Source of the DNA: Cyanophora paradoxa CCMP329
Lineage: Eukaryota; Plantae; Glaucophyta
Assembly (NCBI GenBank): GCA_004431415.1
Contig: QPMI01000164.1
Location: 62,001 to 126,000 of the forward strand
Reading direction: 5' to 3'
Length of the DNA: 64,000 nt
Each line of letters opens with the position of its first letter. Position 1 is the stretch's first letter. The position numbers were made by a program, and so were the translations under genes. Positions 48,456 to 60,200 of the stretch are shown here, piece after piece. The notes under the pieces were generated by a model. That model was not told where the DNA came from. It made no database searches and worked only from the letters and a program-made list of their open reading frames with translations.

Positions 48456-48884
48456 ATGGCGTTCTCGTTCGCCACCTCGTTCCTTGGCGCCAAGGTCGCG
48501 GCCCCGCCTGCCAGCGCGTCGACGGCCGTTACTCCCGTCTTCTGCGCCGCCAAATTCGACGACAAGAACGTGACCAGCCGTCGCGGCCTTCTCTCCGGCA
48601 TCGCCGGCCTGGCCGCCGCTCTCGCCTCGAAGCCGGCGCTGGCCTACTCGACGCGCGCCCGCCAGGCGCTGCAGGACCGCCCGGAGCGCCGCGACGAGTC
48701 CCGGGCCTCGGCGTCGGCCTCGGCTTCGTCTTCGTCTGCCTCAGAGTCGGCGGAGGCCCCTGCCGCCGCGGAGGCGGCTGCTCCTCGCGCCAGGGCATCG
48801 GCGGCCGCGGCCCCGCGGGACACGTCGTCGGCCTCGGGTCTGGCCGCCAAGTACGCCGCTCGCAAGCGCGTCCGCAGCAACTAA
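48456..48884 (+). CDS. Small intronless protein with plastid transit peptide and twin-arginine (Tat) signal, probably thylakoid-lumenal
   Basis: MAFSFATSFLGAKVAAPPASAS... (Phe-motif transit peptide), then SRRGLLSGIAGLAAALASKPALA|Y (RR, hydrophobic core, AxA cleavage site). The mature part is ~79 aa and Ala/Ser/Arg-rich. Confidence 0.8.
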   Translation: MAFSFATSFLGAKVAAPPASASTAVTPVFCAAKFDDKNVTSRRGLLSGIAGLAAALASKPALAYSTRARQALQDRPERRDESRASASASASSSSASESAEAPAAAEAAAPRARASAAAAPRDTSSASGLAAKYAARKRVRSN

Positions 48885-49199
48885 AGCGCTTCTCGGAGCA
48901 CGCCGGCGGGCCGCGCGTCACGCCTTCGCGAAACTTCGAAGGCGCAGCCGATCAATTTTCTTTCTCTCGCTTCAAGCTTCGCATGCCTTAGACCAAACAG
49001 ACAGCTTTTATGTGCACGATTCCCTACCTTCGTTTCATCGCCAGGTGCAGTGTTCGCTCCAGTCTGGCTGTATCCTATGCTGGTTTTCGCTTTGTTTGCA
49101 TTCGCGTGCATATATAGTTTTGTATTCTCGGCTTGTATGTCGTGTCCAGTAGATTTGTGTGCATTGTAGTACATGGGTGAACATATGTTTGCATATTGA

Positions 49200-50613
49200 T
49201 CCTGCAGGTCTCGGCCAGGCCGACGCGCGGGGAATCTAGACGGCTTGGGGCATGCAGCAGCGGCGGCGCTGCGGCGCTCCGAGCTTGAGGGGGGCCTAGC
49301 TCCGCTTCTTGCAATTGAGCTTTCCCGGCCCTTGGGCTTGACGCTGAGCCGTGTGGCCGGCGCCTCGGCGGGGCTCGATCGTCCGTTCCTCCTCTGCGAG
49401 GCGAACGGGCCGGCGGCGCAGAGCGAGGAGAGGACGCGCAGGCGAGGAGGGTCTCGGCGCGGTCGCCGCCGAATGTGAAGGCGGCGAAGACGCGGATGCC
49501 CGCCGCGAGCCCCTCCGCCTCCAGCGCTGCCGTCCCGTCGCGCGCCGCGCGGCGCCCTGGCGCCGGCGGGCGCGGGGCGGCGCGCCGGTGATGTGGAGGC
49601 GGCGGGCAGCCGGCCCCTCGACGACCTGCACTCCGCCCGCCGGCGTGGCCACCGCCTGCATCGCCCGCGGGGCCGGCACCAGCGCGCAGCCCGCCGCCGC
49701 CGTCGCCGCCGAGCAACCGCCCGCCGGCGGGTGCTGCGCCGAGGCGGCTCGCGAGGCGGCAGCGCGAGGGACGGCGCCTGGGACGCACTGGCGCGTGCGC
49801 GAAGTGGAAGTCTCGGATGACCGGCGGGCCGTCAGCTGCGGCGGCGGCGGCGAGGCCGGCGGCGGCAGCGCGGCCTTCGGCGGGAGCCGCTCCAGCGCCA
49901 CTCTAAGCTCGCCGACCTGCGGCGGCGCGGCCTTCGCGATCAGCCGCGGCCGCGATGCGACCTGCAGCCACAGCGGCCGCGCCGCACCTGCCGCTCGCCG
50001 CGGAGGTCCCACAGCGTCGCCGTCGCTGCGATCGGCTCCGCCCGCGCCGAGCGCGGCAGCGCGAAGGTGGCCTGCGCGCGGAGCGCAGTCGTCACGGGCT
50101 GGGTGGGCTGGAGGCAGACCGCGCCCCGCGGCATGGGCGAGCACCGATCCGAGGAAGAATTCGACGACACCAGCCCACATGACGTCCCGCATTTCAGTCA
50201 TCAGCTCCGGCGCGCCCTGCGCGTTCTGCTTGGCCCCTGTGTCTCCGTTTGAATCCGCGTCCGGGTGCGTAGCGGGCGAAGAAGGCTCCTCGCTGCGATG
50301 TAGAGTTGAGCTCCTTTCTGTTGTGATTCCGTCGCGCGGCGGCGCACGGCGGCAGCGGGAGCTCCAGCGCATCGCCCCAGGCCGGCTCCGTCCCGCTCGC
50401 ATCTCCGGTCGACACGCTGTGTTTCCCGAGCACCAGCCTCACGTGCGGACGGATCTGCGGCGCGCTGAGGCGCGCGTACGCGCGGGGAAAGGCATCGGGG
50501 ACGTTGCGGAAGGGCGCGACGGGCACGAGCCCTCGAGCGTCAATTACTACCGACACCGCGTCAGTTGCGACTCGCGAGCCTCAGCGCCCTCGCGCACCGC
50601 GTACGCGAAGCAT
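49200..50613 (-). CDS. C2-domain protein (possibly two degenerate C2 domains; 3' end uncertain)
   Basis: Spliced start MLRVR|VIDARGL|IRPHVRLVLGKHSVSTGDASGTEPAWGDALEL matches C2 strands 1-4. A second C2-like start reads RLHIT|ALEAEGLAAGIRVFAAFTFGG. Confidence 0.6.
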
Positions 50614-50834
50614 TCGGGGGACGGGGGCAGAAGTTGAGGTGGGGGAATTAGCTCGCGGGGGCTACCGGTGCGAATGATCATGCGCACGTGCGGAGCGTGG
50701 GCCCGTGCGGCGTGGCGGCTTCACACGGACGCGTGCAGGCCGAACGACCTCCCGCTCGCCTCGCCTCTGCTCTCATTCGCATCTTTGCTCTCCGCCTTCC
50801 CGCAGTCCTCCTCCGCTCTCAACCCTAGCGCACC

Positions 50835-51500
50835 ATGGCGGCGTTCTTCTTCCCCTCGCCCGTGCCCGTGCCCGTCCCGGTGCCGGTGCCTGTGCCGAAC
50901 CCGTGGATCCGGCGCGGCGTTGCCTCGTCCTCGACGAGCCCTGCGCCGCTGCGCTCGAGCTTCGCAGGGCGGCAGCTGCGGCCGCAGCCGGCGCAGAGTT
51001 TCGAGCCTGCCAGTCCGATCCGCCGGGTGAGAAACGCGCTTTTCTATCTATCTTCATGTTCGTTGCTTACGCCCGCGGTGCGCAGTTCGAGGCGGTTGAG
51101 GCGAAGGCGCCGCGGCGGGCGCCGGTCGACCCGGAGGCGATCCCGCCGATCTCGCAGGCAATCCCGACGCGGCTGAACATCAATCCGGCGGGGACCGGCC
51201 GGTTCGGCTTCGGCAGCAACTCGGAGCTGTGGAATGGGCGGCTGGCGATGCTCGGGCTCGTGGCGGGCCTCGGTCAGGAGGCGGTCACGGGCCAGGGCAT
51301 CTTCGCGCAGATTGGCCTCGACCGGTGCGGGGCGCCGGCTGCTGCGCATGATCGGCGCAGGCGGTTGCTGACGGGCCGGGGCGCGCAGGCCGCTCGACAA
51401 GCTGCTGGTGCTGCTCGCGCTGCTCGGCGTCTCGGCGGCGACCTCGATCGGCTACATCGCCATCAACACCGCCGACCGCGCCCCGCAGGAGGAGCCCTGA
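50835..51500 (+). CDS. LHC-like two-helix stress-enhanced protein (SEP)/HLIP family, plastid-targeted
   Basis: FGFGSNSELWNGRLAMLGLVAGLGQEAVTGQGI is the ExxNGRxAM chlorophyll-binding helix. A second hydrophobic helix follows an intron (PLDKLLVLLALLGVSAATSIGYIAI). Transit peptide begins MAAFFF. Confidence 0.9.
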
Positions 51501-52426
51501 ACGCCCGCCCTCGGCTCGCGAGCCGGGCCCGCTCTATAGTAGCAGTAGTAATCTAGGCCGCTCAGTAGGTAGCAGTCACTGAGTAGTCGTGGGGCCTGTA
51601 CACGTAGTTTACTTGCACAGTGTTGATTTTCACGTTCGCCTTTGATTCAATGATTCGCTATGCGTCTCTCGACCTTGTTCACGCCGCTAGCGCTGTCGTG
51701 GAATGAATGATCATGATCCCATTCTGCAGAACCGTACACCCTAACTGGCGCTTTCACAACTGCGGGGGGTGGGCCTCGGAGGAACGTTTGCATGCAGCCC
51801 CGCACGTCCTCCTTCATGACTACAGTCGTCCCTTCACATGTACAGACTCCGGGCGGGCGGCAGGCCGGCAGGGCCCGGGGGGAAGCCTGAAGGTTGGGCC
51901 CGGGGCACCAGATAAATATGGCCATGGGGGCACGTGGCCAGAGTCCGCGGAAGGCGAGCCCGAGCTCGAGCTGCCCGGCCCGGCGCCCGGCCGGCGGCGC
52001 CGGCGGCCAGGCTATAGCTAGCTAGCACTGAATCATTCAAGGCTTCAAGCCCCTTAGCCTAGTTAGTTAGCAGGGCTCACCGCATGTTACATGTTACTTA
52101 CGAGCATGTTACATGAAGCACACTGTGACAAATGTTACATGTTACTTACGAGCTCGAGCACTGCGGGGCAGAAAGGCTGAATCGCGATCGAAACAGCTGC
52201 CGCAGTGCCAGGCGTTAAGGCTGCAATGTCTCAGAGTCTCCAAGGCTCACTGGGGCTGGCAACCAATCAGCACATTACTGAGCCTCCGCCGGGCCGAGGC
52301 TCTTAGTCAATGAGTCATGGCATGAAAGAAAGCATTCATGTACTTATACATGCATCTAATGCGTCAAAAGCATCTGGGCGGAAATTTAAAGAGCGGAACT
52401 GGACGGATTCCGGGCGAAAAAGCATC

Positions 52427-54019
52427 CTACAGCTCAGCGGCTACTAGGCTAGACAAAAAAGAAGCACTTGCATTTGGCTTCTTGCTGCATGCATATGCTA
52501 GCCGATCTGTACAACGGCGCGAAGCGGGCGGCGAGTCCGCGCGCCCGCCCCTGCCTGGGCTTAGCGAGATCCGAGGGGCGTGACTGCAGAGAACCGGCGC
52601 GGCGGCCGGCGAGCGCGAAGATTGAAAGGAGGGGGGCATGTACAGGCCAGCAGGGCGGGGGGCTAGAAGATGCTGACGGAAGCGGAGCGGCGGACTTTGA
52701 GGGTGGGGCCGGAGGCCGGGGGAAGCGGCGGGGGCGAAGCGTCGGCGAGGGCGGCGCGCTCGCGGGCGATGCGCCCGACGCTCGCGATGAGCGTCCCACA
52801 TACCGCCCCGCGCCCCGCCCCCGCCGCCTCCTCCCGGGCAACCGGCGAGAGCAGCCACACGGGCGCCCGCCCCGCCGGCCTCGCCGGCGGCCGCTCGGAG
52901 GCCGGTGAGGAGTGGCCCGAGGCCGGCGGCCGCGCCGGCGGCAGCGCCGGCGGCCCGCGGGGGCGACGGGGACGGGCGAGATGCGGCGCGGGGGCGTCGC
53001 GAGCTGCAGGACGCCGGGGGAGGGGGGGAGGAGCCGGGGGAGGCTCCAGGAGATCGGGAGGCCGCGCCGCCCGCCGGCCCTGCGCCGCCCCTCGGTCTCG
53101 CCCTCCCGCCCCCTCTCCCGCTCGCCTCCGGCGCCCCCGACGGGGCTCGCCCGCCCGAAGCCCGGCGAAGGCCCCAGCGAGGCGAGGGGCCTCGGGCGCG
53201 GCCGCGGGGCGGGCCCGGCGCCATCGCAGGCGGGCCCAGGGCCGGGTCACGCAGGATGAGGTCGGGCAGGGAGGAGGAGCGGCCGCGCATCGGCCGCCGC
53301 GGCGCCGGCTCCGCCGCCTCACCCCGCCCCGCACCCAGCGGTCCCGCGAAGGGTCCGACGCCGCAGCCGCCTCTCCCTGCGCCCGCCGGCGTCACGACCC
53401 GCCCCCGCGACGTGGAGGGGCGGCGGGGCCCTCCGCACCGAGCTGGAGCTCGAGGCGGCGCGGCGGGGCCGGAGGCGGGGCCGCTCGGCCCCGTCCAGGG
53501 GGACGATCTCGACGCTCACGCGGCCGTCGGCGTCGGCCCCGCCGGGCGAGGGCGGGCGGCCCTTGGGGGACGCCCCGCCCCCCGCGGGATTGGAGCTCGA
53601 GGAGGAGGAGGAGGAGGAGGCGGGGCCGGGGCCCGGGGGCAGGAGGGTGCGTGCGGCGCCGGCCCCGGGCTGGGCGGCCCCGCCGGCGCCAGCGAGGAGA
53701 TCGTGGAGGAGGGTGCGCCGGATCGCCCGCTGGAAGGCGTCGACCGGCTCCGTGGTCACGACGACCACGCCCGGCGTCTCCCGCGGGTAGCCCTCCCGCC
53801 CGTCGTACTCCACCACCCGCACGCTCACCTGCGCCCCGCGACCCGCTCATGATCAGGCCGCGTCGCCGCAGCCGCCGGCGGCCGCGCGGGGCGCACCCAC
53901 GCGTTGAACTTCACGCCGCCCTTGCAGGCGGACTTGAGCGCGCTCCCACTCCGCGTCGTCCCCAGTGACGTGGAGGACGAGGCGCGGGAGATCGAAGGAA
54001 GCGACGACGTGCGCTGCAT
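52427..54019 (-). CDS. Disordered hypothetical protein with SILK/RVxF-like motifs (3' structure unresolved)
   Basis: MQRTSSLPSISRASSSTSLG...SALKSACKGGVKFNAW|VSVRVVEYDGREGYPRETPGVVVVTTEPVDAFQRAIRRTLLHDLL, followed by low-complexity sequence. Confidence 0.45.
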
Positions 54020-54165
54020 GCCGTGCCGCCTGTAGCTACGCTGCTGTCGCCATCGACGCTTCCGGAACGGCCGCGCTGATGGGCGGCGGCCCCGCCGATC
54101 TAGACACGAGAACGAAAAGATGACATTATAGCTACAAACGCCTCCCTCGAGCCGCCTGTTGCTGA

Positions 54166-55746
54166 ATGCGCAGGCTGCGCAGCAGCTGGCGCCTGGGCGA
54201 CGTGCTTCGCAATAGCGATATCGATTCGCGAATCGCGACACGCGCGCAGCTAGGCGCAGCAGCGCTAGCAGGCAAGTGCGTCGGACTACAGCTTAGTGAA
54301 GCGCCGCGCCTCTCCGCGAATGTCACCTACCCCTCCTCAACCGGGTACAGCGTGTAAGGGCCCGCGAGGTCTCTATACGCCAGCGGGAAGAGGATAGGCA
54401 AGCTGGAGCAGGTGAGCAGACTGGAGAGAATCGGCCCGGCCGCGGCCACGCGCCGGCCGCGGTCGCGGGCTGTTGCCGACCTTCCCGCCAGGATTCGGAG
54501 AGTTTCAGCTCCTCGCTGGAGGAGGAGGAGGAGGAGGACCTCGACGATGAGGACGACGAGGGTGCGCCGCCTCCCGCTCGCGTGCTTCCTTCGCGCCTCC
54601 GATCTACCGCCGCCGGCCGCCCGAGCGTGCTTCGTGCCATTGAAGGACGAGCCCCGGAACCTCAATCGCATAGCTTCGAGCCGGCAACTGCTTAGATTGC
54701 GGAAGATGTGCTTCCTCCTTTCTCATGCGCGCTCGCCCAGTGTCCTGGATCCAGTGGTTCTGCGGCCTAAAGGGCAACGAGTTCTTCTGCGAAGTGGACG
54801 AGGACTTCATCGAAGATGGTTTCAATCTGTGCGGCCTCCGGGCGCAGGTCAACCTCTATGACGAAGCCATCGCGATGATATTAGATCGGGAGCTGCCCAG
54901 TGCGTTGCGGTCATTCATGTCTCGGTATGGCTTCTCGCGCCCCGTCGCGCGCTGATCGCGTCGTCGTCTTGCCCGCCAGATCCCAACCTCACGGATGAGC
55001 AACACCAGCTCGTCGAAGCATCAGCGGAGTTCCTTTATGGTTTGATACACGCACGATTCATTCTAACTAGCCGCGGCCTTTCCGCGATGGTGCGCGAGGC
55101 CAGTTTGTTCAGCTGTCCATTCTCTGACTGTCGGCGTGCCCCGCAGCTGGAGAAGTACAAGAATGTGGAGTTTGGCCGCTGCCCTCGCGTCTTCTGCCAG
55201 GGCCAGCCGGTGCTCCCCGTCGGTCTCTCCGACATCCCTCGGCAAAGGACCGTCTGCGTCTTCTGCCCGCGCTGCGAGGACGTGTACTACCCGCGGTCAA
55301 GCAGGGCAGCGCGTGCGTTCCTTTCCTCTCTCTTGCACACCAGCCGCTCTTGCCCGTCCGATGCTTTGGCGTGCAGAGCTCGACGGGGCGTTCTTCGGGA
55401 CAACCTTCGCGCACCTGCTGCTCATGACGTACAACGACATGGTGGAGCCTAAACAGGCGCAGCAGAAGTACGTGCCTCGCATCTACGGATTCAAGATCCA
55501 CAAGGTCCGCCAAGTCCTGCGCCCGCCGCGGCGCGCCGCCGCTGAGGGCGCCGTTTCCCCCCGCAGGAGCGCTCGGCGATAGACTCTATGCCGCCGCCGG
55601 AACCGCAGCAGGCAACCGGCGGAAACCAGTCGGCGAGCTCGCAGTCATCGCAGGACCAGGCGCAGCAGCCGGCGAGGGCCGCCAACATGCCCCCGCCCTC
55701 CCAGCCCATCGGTGCCGGCGGCGGGAAGGCCGGCGGCAAGGGCTGA
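54166..55746 (+). CDS. CKB: Casein kinase II regulatory beta subunit (start uncertain)
   Basis: [56 protein letters not shown]...VLPVGLSD...[41 protein letters not shown]. Confidence 0.95.
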
Positions 55747-55958
55747 CCCGCCCCAGGCCGCCTCCCCCCTTTTTTTCCGTCTCAGCCACGCTCGGGGGAC
55801 CGCCGCCTGTTCCCCGCCCTCTCCGACCCCCCCATTCTTCCCACCCACCCCATCGTGCCCACCCAGTCCGCTGTAGGCGTTCAATGTGCTTTGCCATCAT
55901 TTAAGATAGAAAGGATACACAGGCCGCGCCGCCGCGCGCCGCCGGCCGGCCGGCCGCC

Positions 55959-58900
55959 CTAGCTCTGGGGAAAGAGTGCGAGCCAGCCTGGGGCTTCGAA
56001 GCGGGGGCCCGGGGCGCGCCGCCCAAGGAGCGGGGCGTGGAATGCCGCCCTCCTGCGCGTCGCCTGGATGGCGGCCGCGGGGGCCCTGGCCGGCACGGGC
56101 TTCGCCCCCGCCGCAGCGGGGGGCCTCGCCGCCGGCCTTGCAGTCGCGGCCGCCGGCGCCTGCGCTGCAGCCGGCTTGGCGGCGGAGGCCGGCGCCGCAG
56201 CGGGCCGCTGCGGCGGCGCGGGCGGGGCGGCTGTCGGTCGTTGCTGCGGCGGCGCGCCGGCGGGTCGCGGGCGACTCCGGGGGCGCCGGCGGGTCGCGGG
56301 GCGGCTGCGGGGGCGGGCCGGGGCGGCTGCGGCGGGGGCGCGCCGGCCGGCCGGGGCGCGGCCGCGGGGCGCGGGCCATGGCCGCAGGAGCCGCGGAAGC
56401 TGTCGGCGCGGGGCGGGTGCCGGCGCGGCGGCCGGCGCGGGGGCGAGCGCAGGCGCCGGCGCCGGCGCGGGGGCCGCCGCCGGGGCGGGCGCCGGCTGCG
56501 GCGGAGGCGCCGCGGGGCCTCGAAGGGGTCCGGGGCGGGAGCGGGGGCCAGCGGCGGCTGGCTCGGGGCCGCCTCCGCAGGGGCCGCCTGGCCCTCCGCG
56601 GGCTTGGGCGAGGGGTCCCCGCCGGGGGCCGCCTCGAGGGCCGGCGTCGGGGAGGGCGCCGGCGGGGGTGGCGGCGGCGGCTCCGGCACGAGGTTGGCGG
56701 GGGGGAAGGCGCGCGGGGGTACGGACTTGTGCGCAGCGGCCATGAACTGCCGCCACACGGGCGCGGCGAGCGTCCCGCCGTACCCCCCGAGCGGCCTGCG
56801 CCGCCTCAGAACCGAGCGGGCCGGCGCGGAGCCGAACGCGGAGCTCGAGACGGGGCGCACTTGTTGTCGTCGTTGCCAAGCCAGACGACGCAGGCGAGGT
56901 CGGGGGTGTACCCCGCGAAGAGCGCGTCCCGGCAGTTGTCCGTCGTACCCGTCTTGCCGGCCGCCGGGCGCCCGAAGCCGGCGCCCCTGCCCGTGCCACC
57001 GGAGATCACGGCCTGGAGGCAGTGGTGGAGGGCGGCGGCGGAGGAGGGCGCCGCGACGGGCCGCGGGGGCGCCGCGTGCGCCGACACGTCGTAGAGGCAG
57101 CGCCCGTCTCGGTCCTCGACGCGCGTCACCATGTGCGTCTCCGCGCGCCGCCCGTCCGCCGCAATCGTAGCGTACGCCGCTGCCGTACGCACCACGGTCG
57201 GCTCCGGGCGGAGCGGGGCGGGGCGGGGCGGGGCGGGGCGGGGCGGGGCGCACTGGCGAGCTCGGTGATGCCGACGTCGCCCGAGCCGAGGGCCCCGCTG
57301 AGGTCCCCCGGCAGAGGCGAGAGGATCCCGAGCTCCTTCGCAAGCCGCTGCACCTGTCGCGCGCGGGGTTCGGGCACGCCGCCGCCGAGCGGGGCGGGCG
57401 GGCGGGCGGGCGGGCTGGCGGGCCTTGGCCATGCCGACGGTGTTGGCGACGCGGACGGTGGGGACGTTGAGCGAGTTGGCGAGAGCCGCCTCGAAGGTCA
57501 CACGCCCCCGGTGCTTCCGGTCCGCGTTCTGCGGCCGGTACTTCCCGAAGCTGACAGGCTCTGCGCCCCCGGCTCGCTCACTCGCTCGCGGGCGGGAGGA
57601 GGGGGGTACGCGCGCCGTCGACGACCGTGGAGAGGGGGTTGAGGCCCTCCTCGAAGGCGGCGAGGTACACCACCGGCTTGAACGTCGAGCCCGCCTGCCG
57701 CCCGCCCGCCCGCCCGCCCGCCGCCCTGAGCACGAGGGCGCGCGGGGCGCTCGGGAGAGGCGTCGGGGACCTGGCGGCGGGACTGGGTGGCGCGGTTGTA
57801 CTGGGAGCGGGCCCACGAGGTGCCGCCGACCATCGCCCGCACGGCGCCCGTGCCGGGCTGGATCGCCACCAGCGCCGCCTGCGCGGGGGGCTTGACGCCC
57901 CGCACCGCCGCCTCCGCCGCCTCCTGCATCGGCAGGTCCTGCGCCCCGCACGCTTCGGGCGGGGGGACGGGGGCGGGGCAGGGAGGCGGCGGAAAGGAGA
58001 GGGCGGACGAGGGTGGTGCGGACGCGGAGGCCGCCCCGGAAGACGGCGTCCGAGCCGAAGGCCGAGCAGAGCTGCGCCAGCACCTGCCGCCCCCGTCCGC
58101 CGACCCTCAGAGCGGGCGGGCGGGCCGGCGGGCGGGCGAGGGGGCCGGCGCGCCTCGCTGACGAAGTAGGGGGCACGGTACGGCTCGTCCGGGTTGCCCG
58201 CGAGCTGCCGGCGTGTCAAACGGGGCGGGGCGGGGCGGGGCGGGGCGGGGCGGACGGTGATGGTGGCCTTGGCGGCGGCGGCGGCCTGGGCGGGGGAGAT
58301 TTGCCCCGACGCGACCATGCGCTCCAGGGCCCGCAGCTGCTGCCGCTTGCCCAGGTCGGGGTTGCGGTACGGGGAGAAGTACTCGGGCCCGGGTATGATC
58401 CCCGCCAGCAGCGCCGCCTCGGGGAGCGTCAGCTCCCGCGCCGGCTTGTTGAAGTACTTCCGCGACGCGCTGTACCCCGGGGCCGGGTCAGATCAGATCA
58501 GATCAGGGGCGGAGGGGGGGCGAGAAGCGCGGCGGGCGGGCGGGCGGGCGGGCGCGCCTCTCGATGCCGTAGGCGCCGTGGCCCCAGTAGATGCGGTTCA
58601 GGTACATCTCCAGGATTTGCTGCGCAGGCGCGCACCGGCCCCTCAGCGGCGGAGCGGGCGGCGCGGGCGGGGCGGAGCGGGCGGGTGAGTTTGCCTTCTT
58701 GGTGAAGCGCTTCTCGAGCTGCACGGCGAGCATGACCTCCTGCGCGCCTCCGTCAAGAGGAAGGAAGCTGCGGGGCCGGGCGGGGGCGGGGGCGGGGCGG
58801 GGCGGGGCGCGCGGTGATCTTGCGGGAGACGGAGCGGTCGAAGGAGAGGAAGAGGTTCTTCGCCAGCTGCTGCGTGATCGTCGAGCCGCCCCCGGCCCGC

Positions 58901-59924
58901 CCTGCGCCCGCCCGCCCCGCGCATCTGCCAAGGCCTGCTGCCTAGGCCTGGGGCGGGGACCCACCCCGGTAGAGGATGGCGCGGGCGAGGCCGCGGGGGT
59001 CGACGCCGACGTGGGAGTAGAAGCGCGCGTCCTCGCACGCGACGACCGCCTGCTGCAGCACGGCCGCGATCTCCCCGAGGGGCACCTGGTGCCGGTTCTG
59101 TCCCTCGTTGAGCGACGCCACGAGCGCCCCGCGGTGGTCGAAGATGAGCGTCTGGTTCGGGTTCGGCCCCTTCCGCTTCAGCAGCGCGTTCAAGTCCACC
59201 GACGACGCCTCCGCGTCCGCCCCGGGCGGCGGCGGCGGCGCCGCCAGCTGCAGCCCCTCCGTCGCCTTCGGCGCCAGGATCACGCTCGGCACGCTCGGCT
59301 TCGGCGGCGTCGCCGGCGCCGACAGCTGCTGCGGCGCCGCACTGCCCGCCGGAACCGCCGGGGCCGGCGGCGGGGGTACGCCCACGGGCGGGGCCGCCGC
59401 GGCGAGCGGGTACGGGCTTTGCTGTTGCTGCTGGAGCCTCTTGGGCTGAGGCACCGTCGCCGTGACGACGCGCGCCTTGCGGACGGCCCCGGCGGGCGCC
59501 GCGCGCGCCCCTGTGTTTCGTGCCTGCGAAGGTTCGGTGAGAGCTCGCCGAGAAGCGAAGTCGCAGGGACGTACTGGATCTCTCTTTGCATGCGGCGGCT
59601 TAACGAAGGCGCTGATCGGGAGCCTCGCGGGCGCCGTGCTGGGCCGGCCGAGTCCGAAGCGGTCCTGGAGACGGGGCGTCGGCGCGCGCGTGCGGAGAGC
59701 CGGAGGCGAACTCGCACCTGGATGCGCCTCCAGGCGCCCCAGATCGGGCCCGGGCGCTCCTCGCCGGCCTTCATTGCCCGGTTCGACCTTCGCGGGCTTC
59801 GGAGTGCGGGAGTCGAGTAGCGGTGGCTTCTCGGCGAGGGTGTAGTGCCAAGGATCGAGCCAGAGGCGCGGGGAAGAATTGCTCGACTACCCCCCCTCCC
59901 ACCCCCCGTACAGCAAAAGAACAT
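55959..59924 (-). CDS. Class A bifunctional penicillin-binding protein (transglycosylase + transpeptidase), nucleus-encoded, probably for plastid peptidoglycan
   Basis: GT51 motifs EDARFYSHVGVD, GGSTITQQLAKN, RK..E, ILEMYLNRIYWGHGAYG, EAALLAG. Transpeptidase motifs GSTFK (SxxK), SLN (SxN), GKTGT. More than ten spliceosomal introns; long N-terminal extension; Pro/Ala tail whose end frame is uncertain. Confidence 0.95.
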
Positions 59925-60200
59925 TGACGCGGTCCAGCGCGAACGCGGCCATCCGCGCTGCTCGACGTTGTAGCGCAGCGGGCTAGAGCATCTTGCTGCA
60001 GGGCGATACTCGCCGATCAGAAAATGCGAACGCGGTGAAACCGGCTGAACCGGCGGCAGCAGCGCGATCGAACGCTGCAGCGCCACGCCGCGAAGTTCGG
60101 TGCTGCCCAGTGATCCGGCGGCGCGCGACCCCGAAGGTGCGACTGGTCAGGCACCGATCGTCGAGCAGCAGCGGTCCCTCCGTGCAGCCGGAACGCAGAA

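Noticed and set aside
52082-52155. Short direct repeats of ATGTTACATGTTACTTACGAGC
   Set aside because: Local duplication without terminal inverted repeats, TSDs or coding context; no function supportable.
54562-54740. Unusually long CK2-beta intron with a closing stem (snoRNA host?)
   Set aside because: No properly placed C/D or H/ACA boxes seen.
55959-59924. Bacterial contamination as the source of the PBP
   Set aside because: The gene has many spliceosomal introns in the same style as its neighbours and sits beside CK2-beta.
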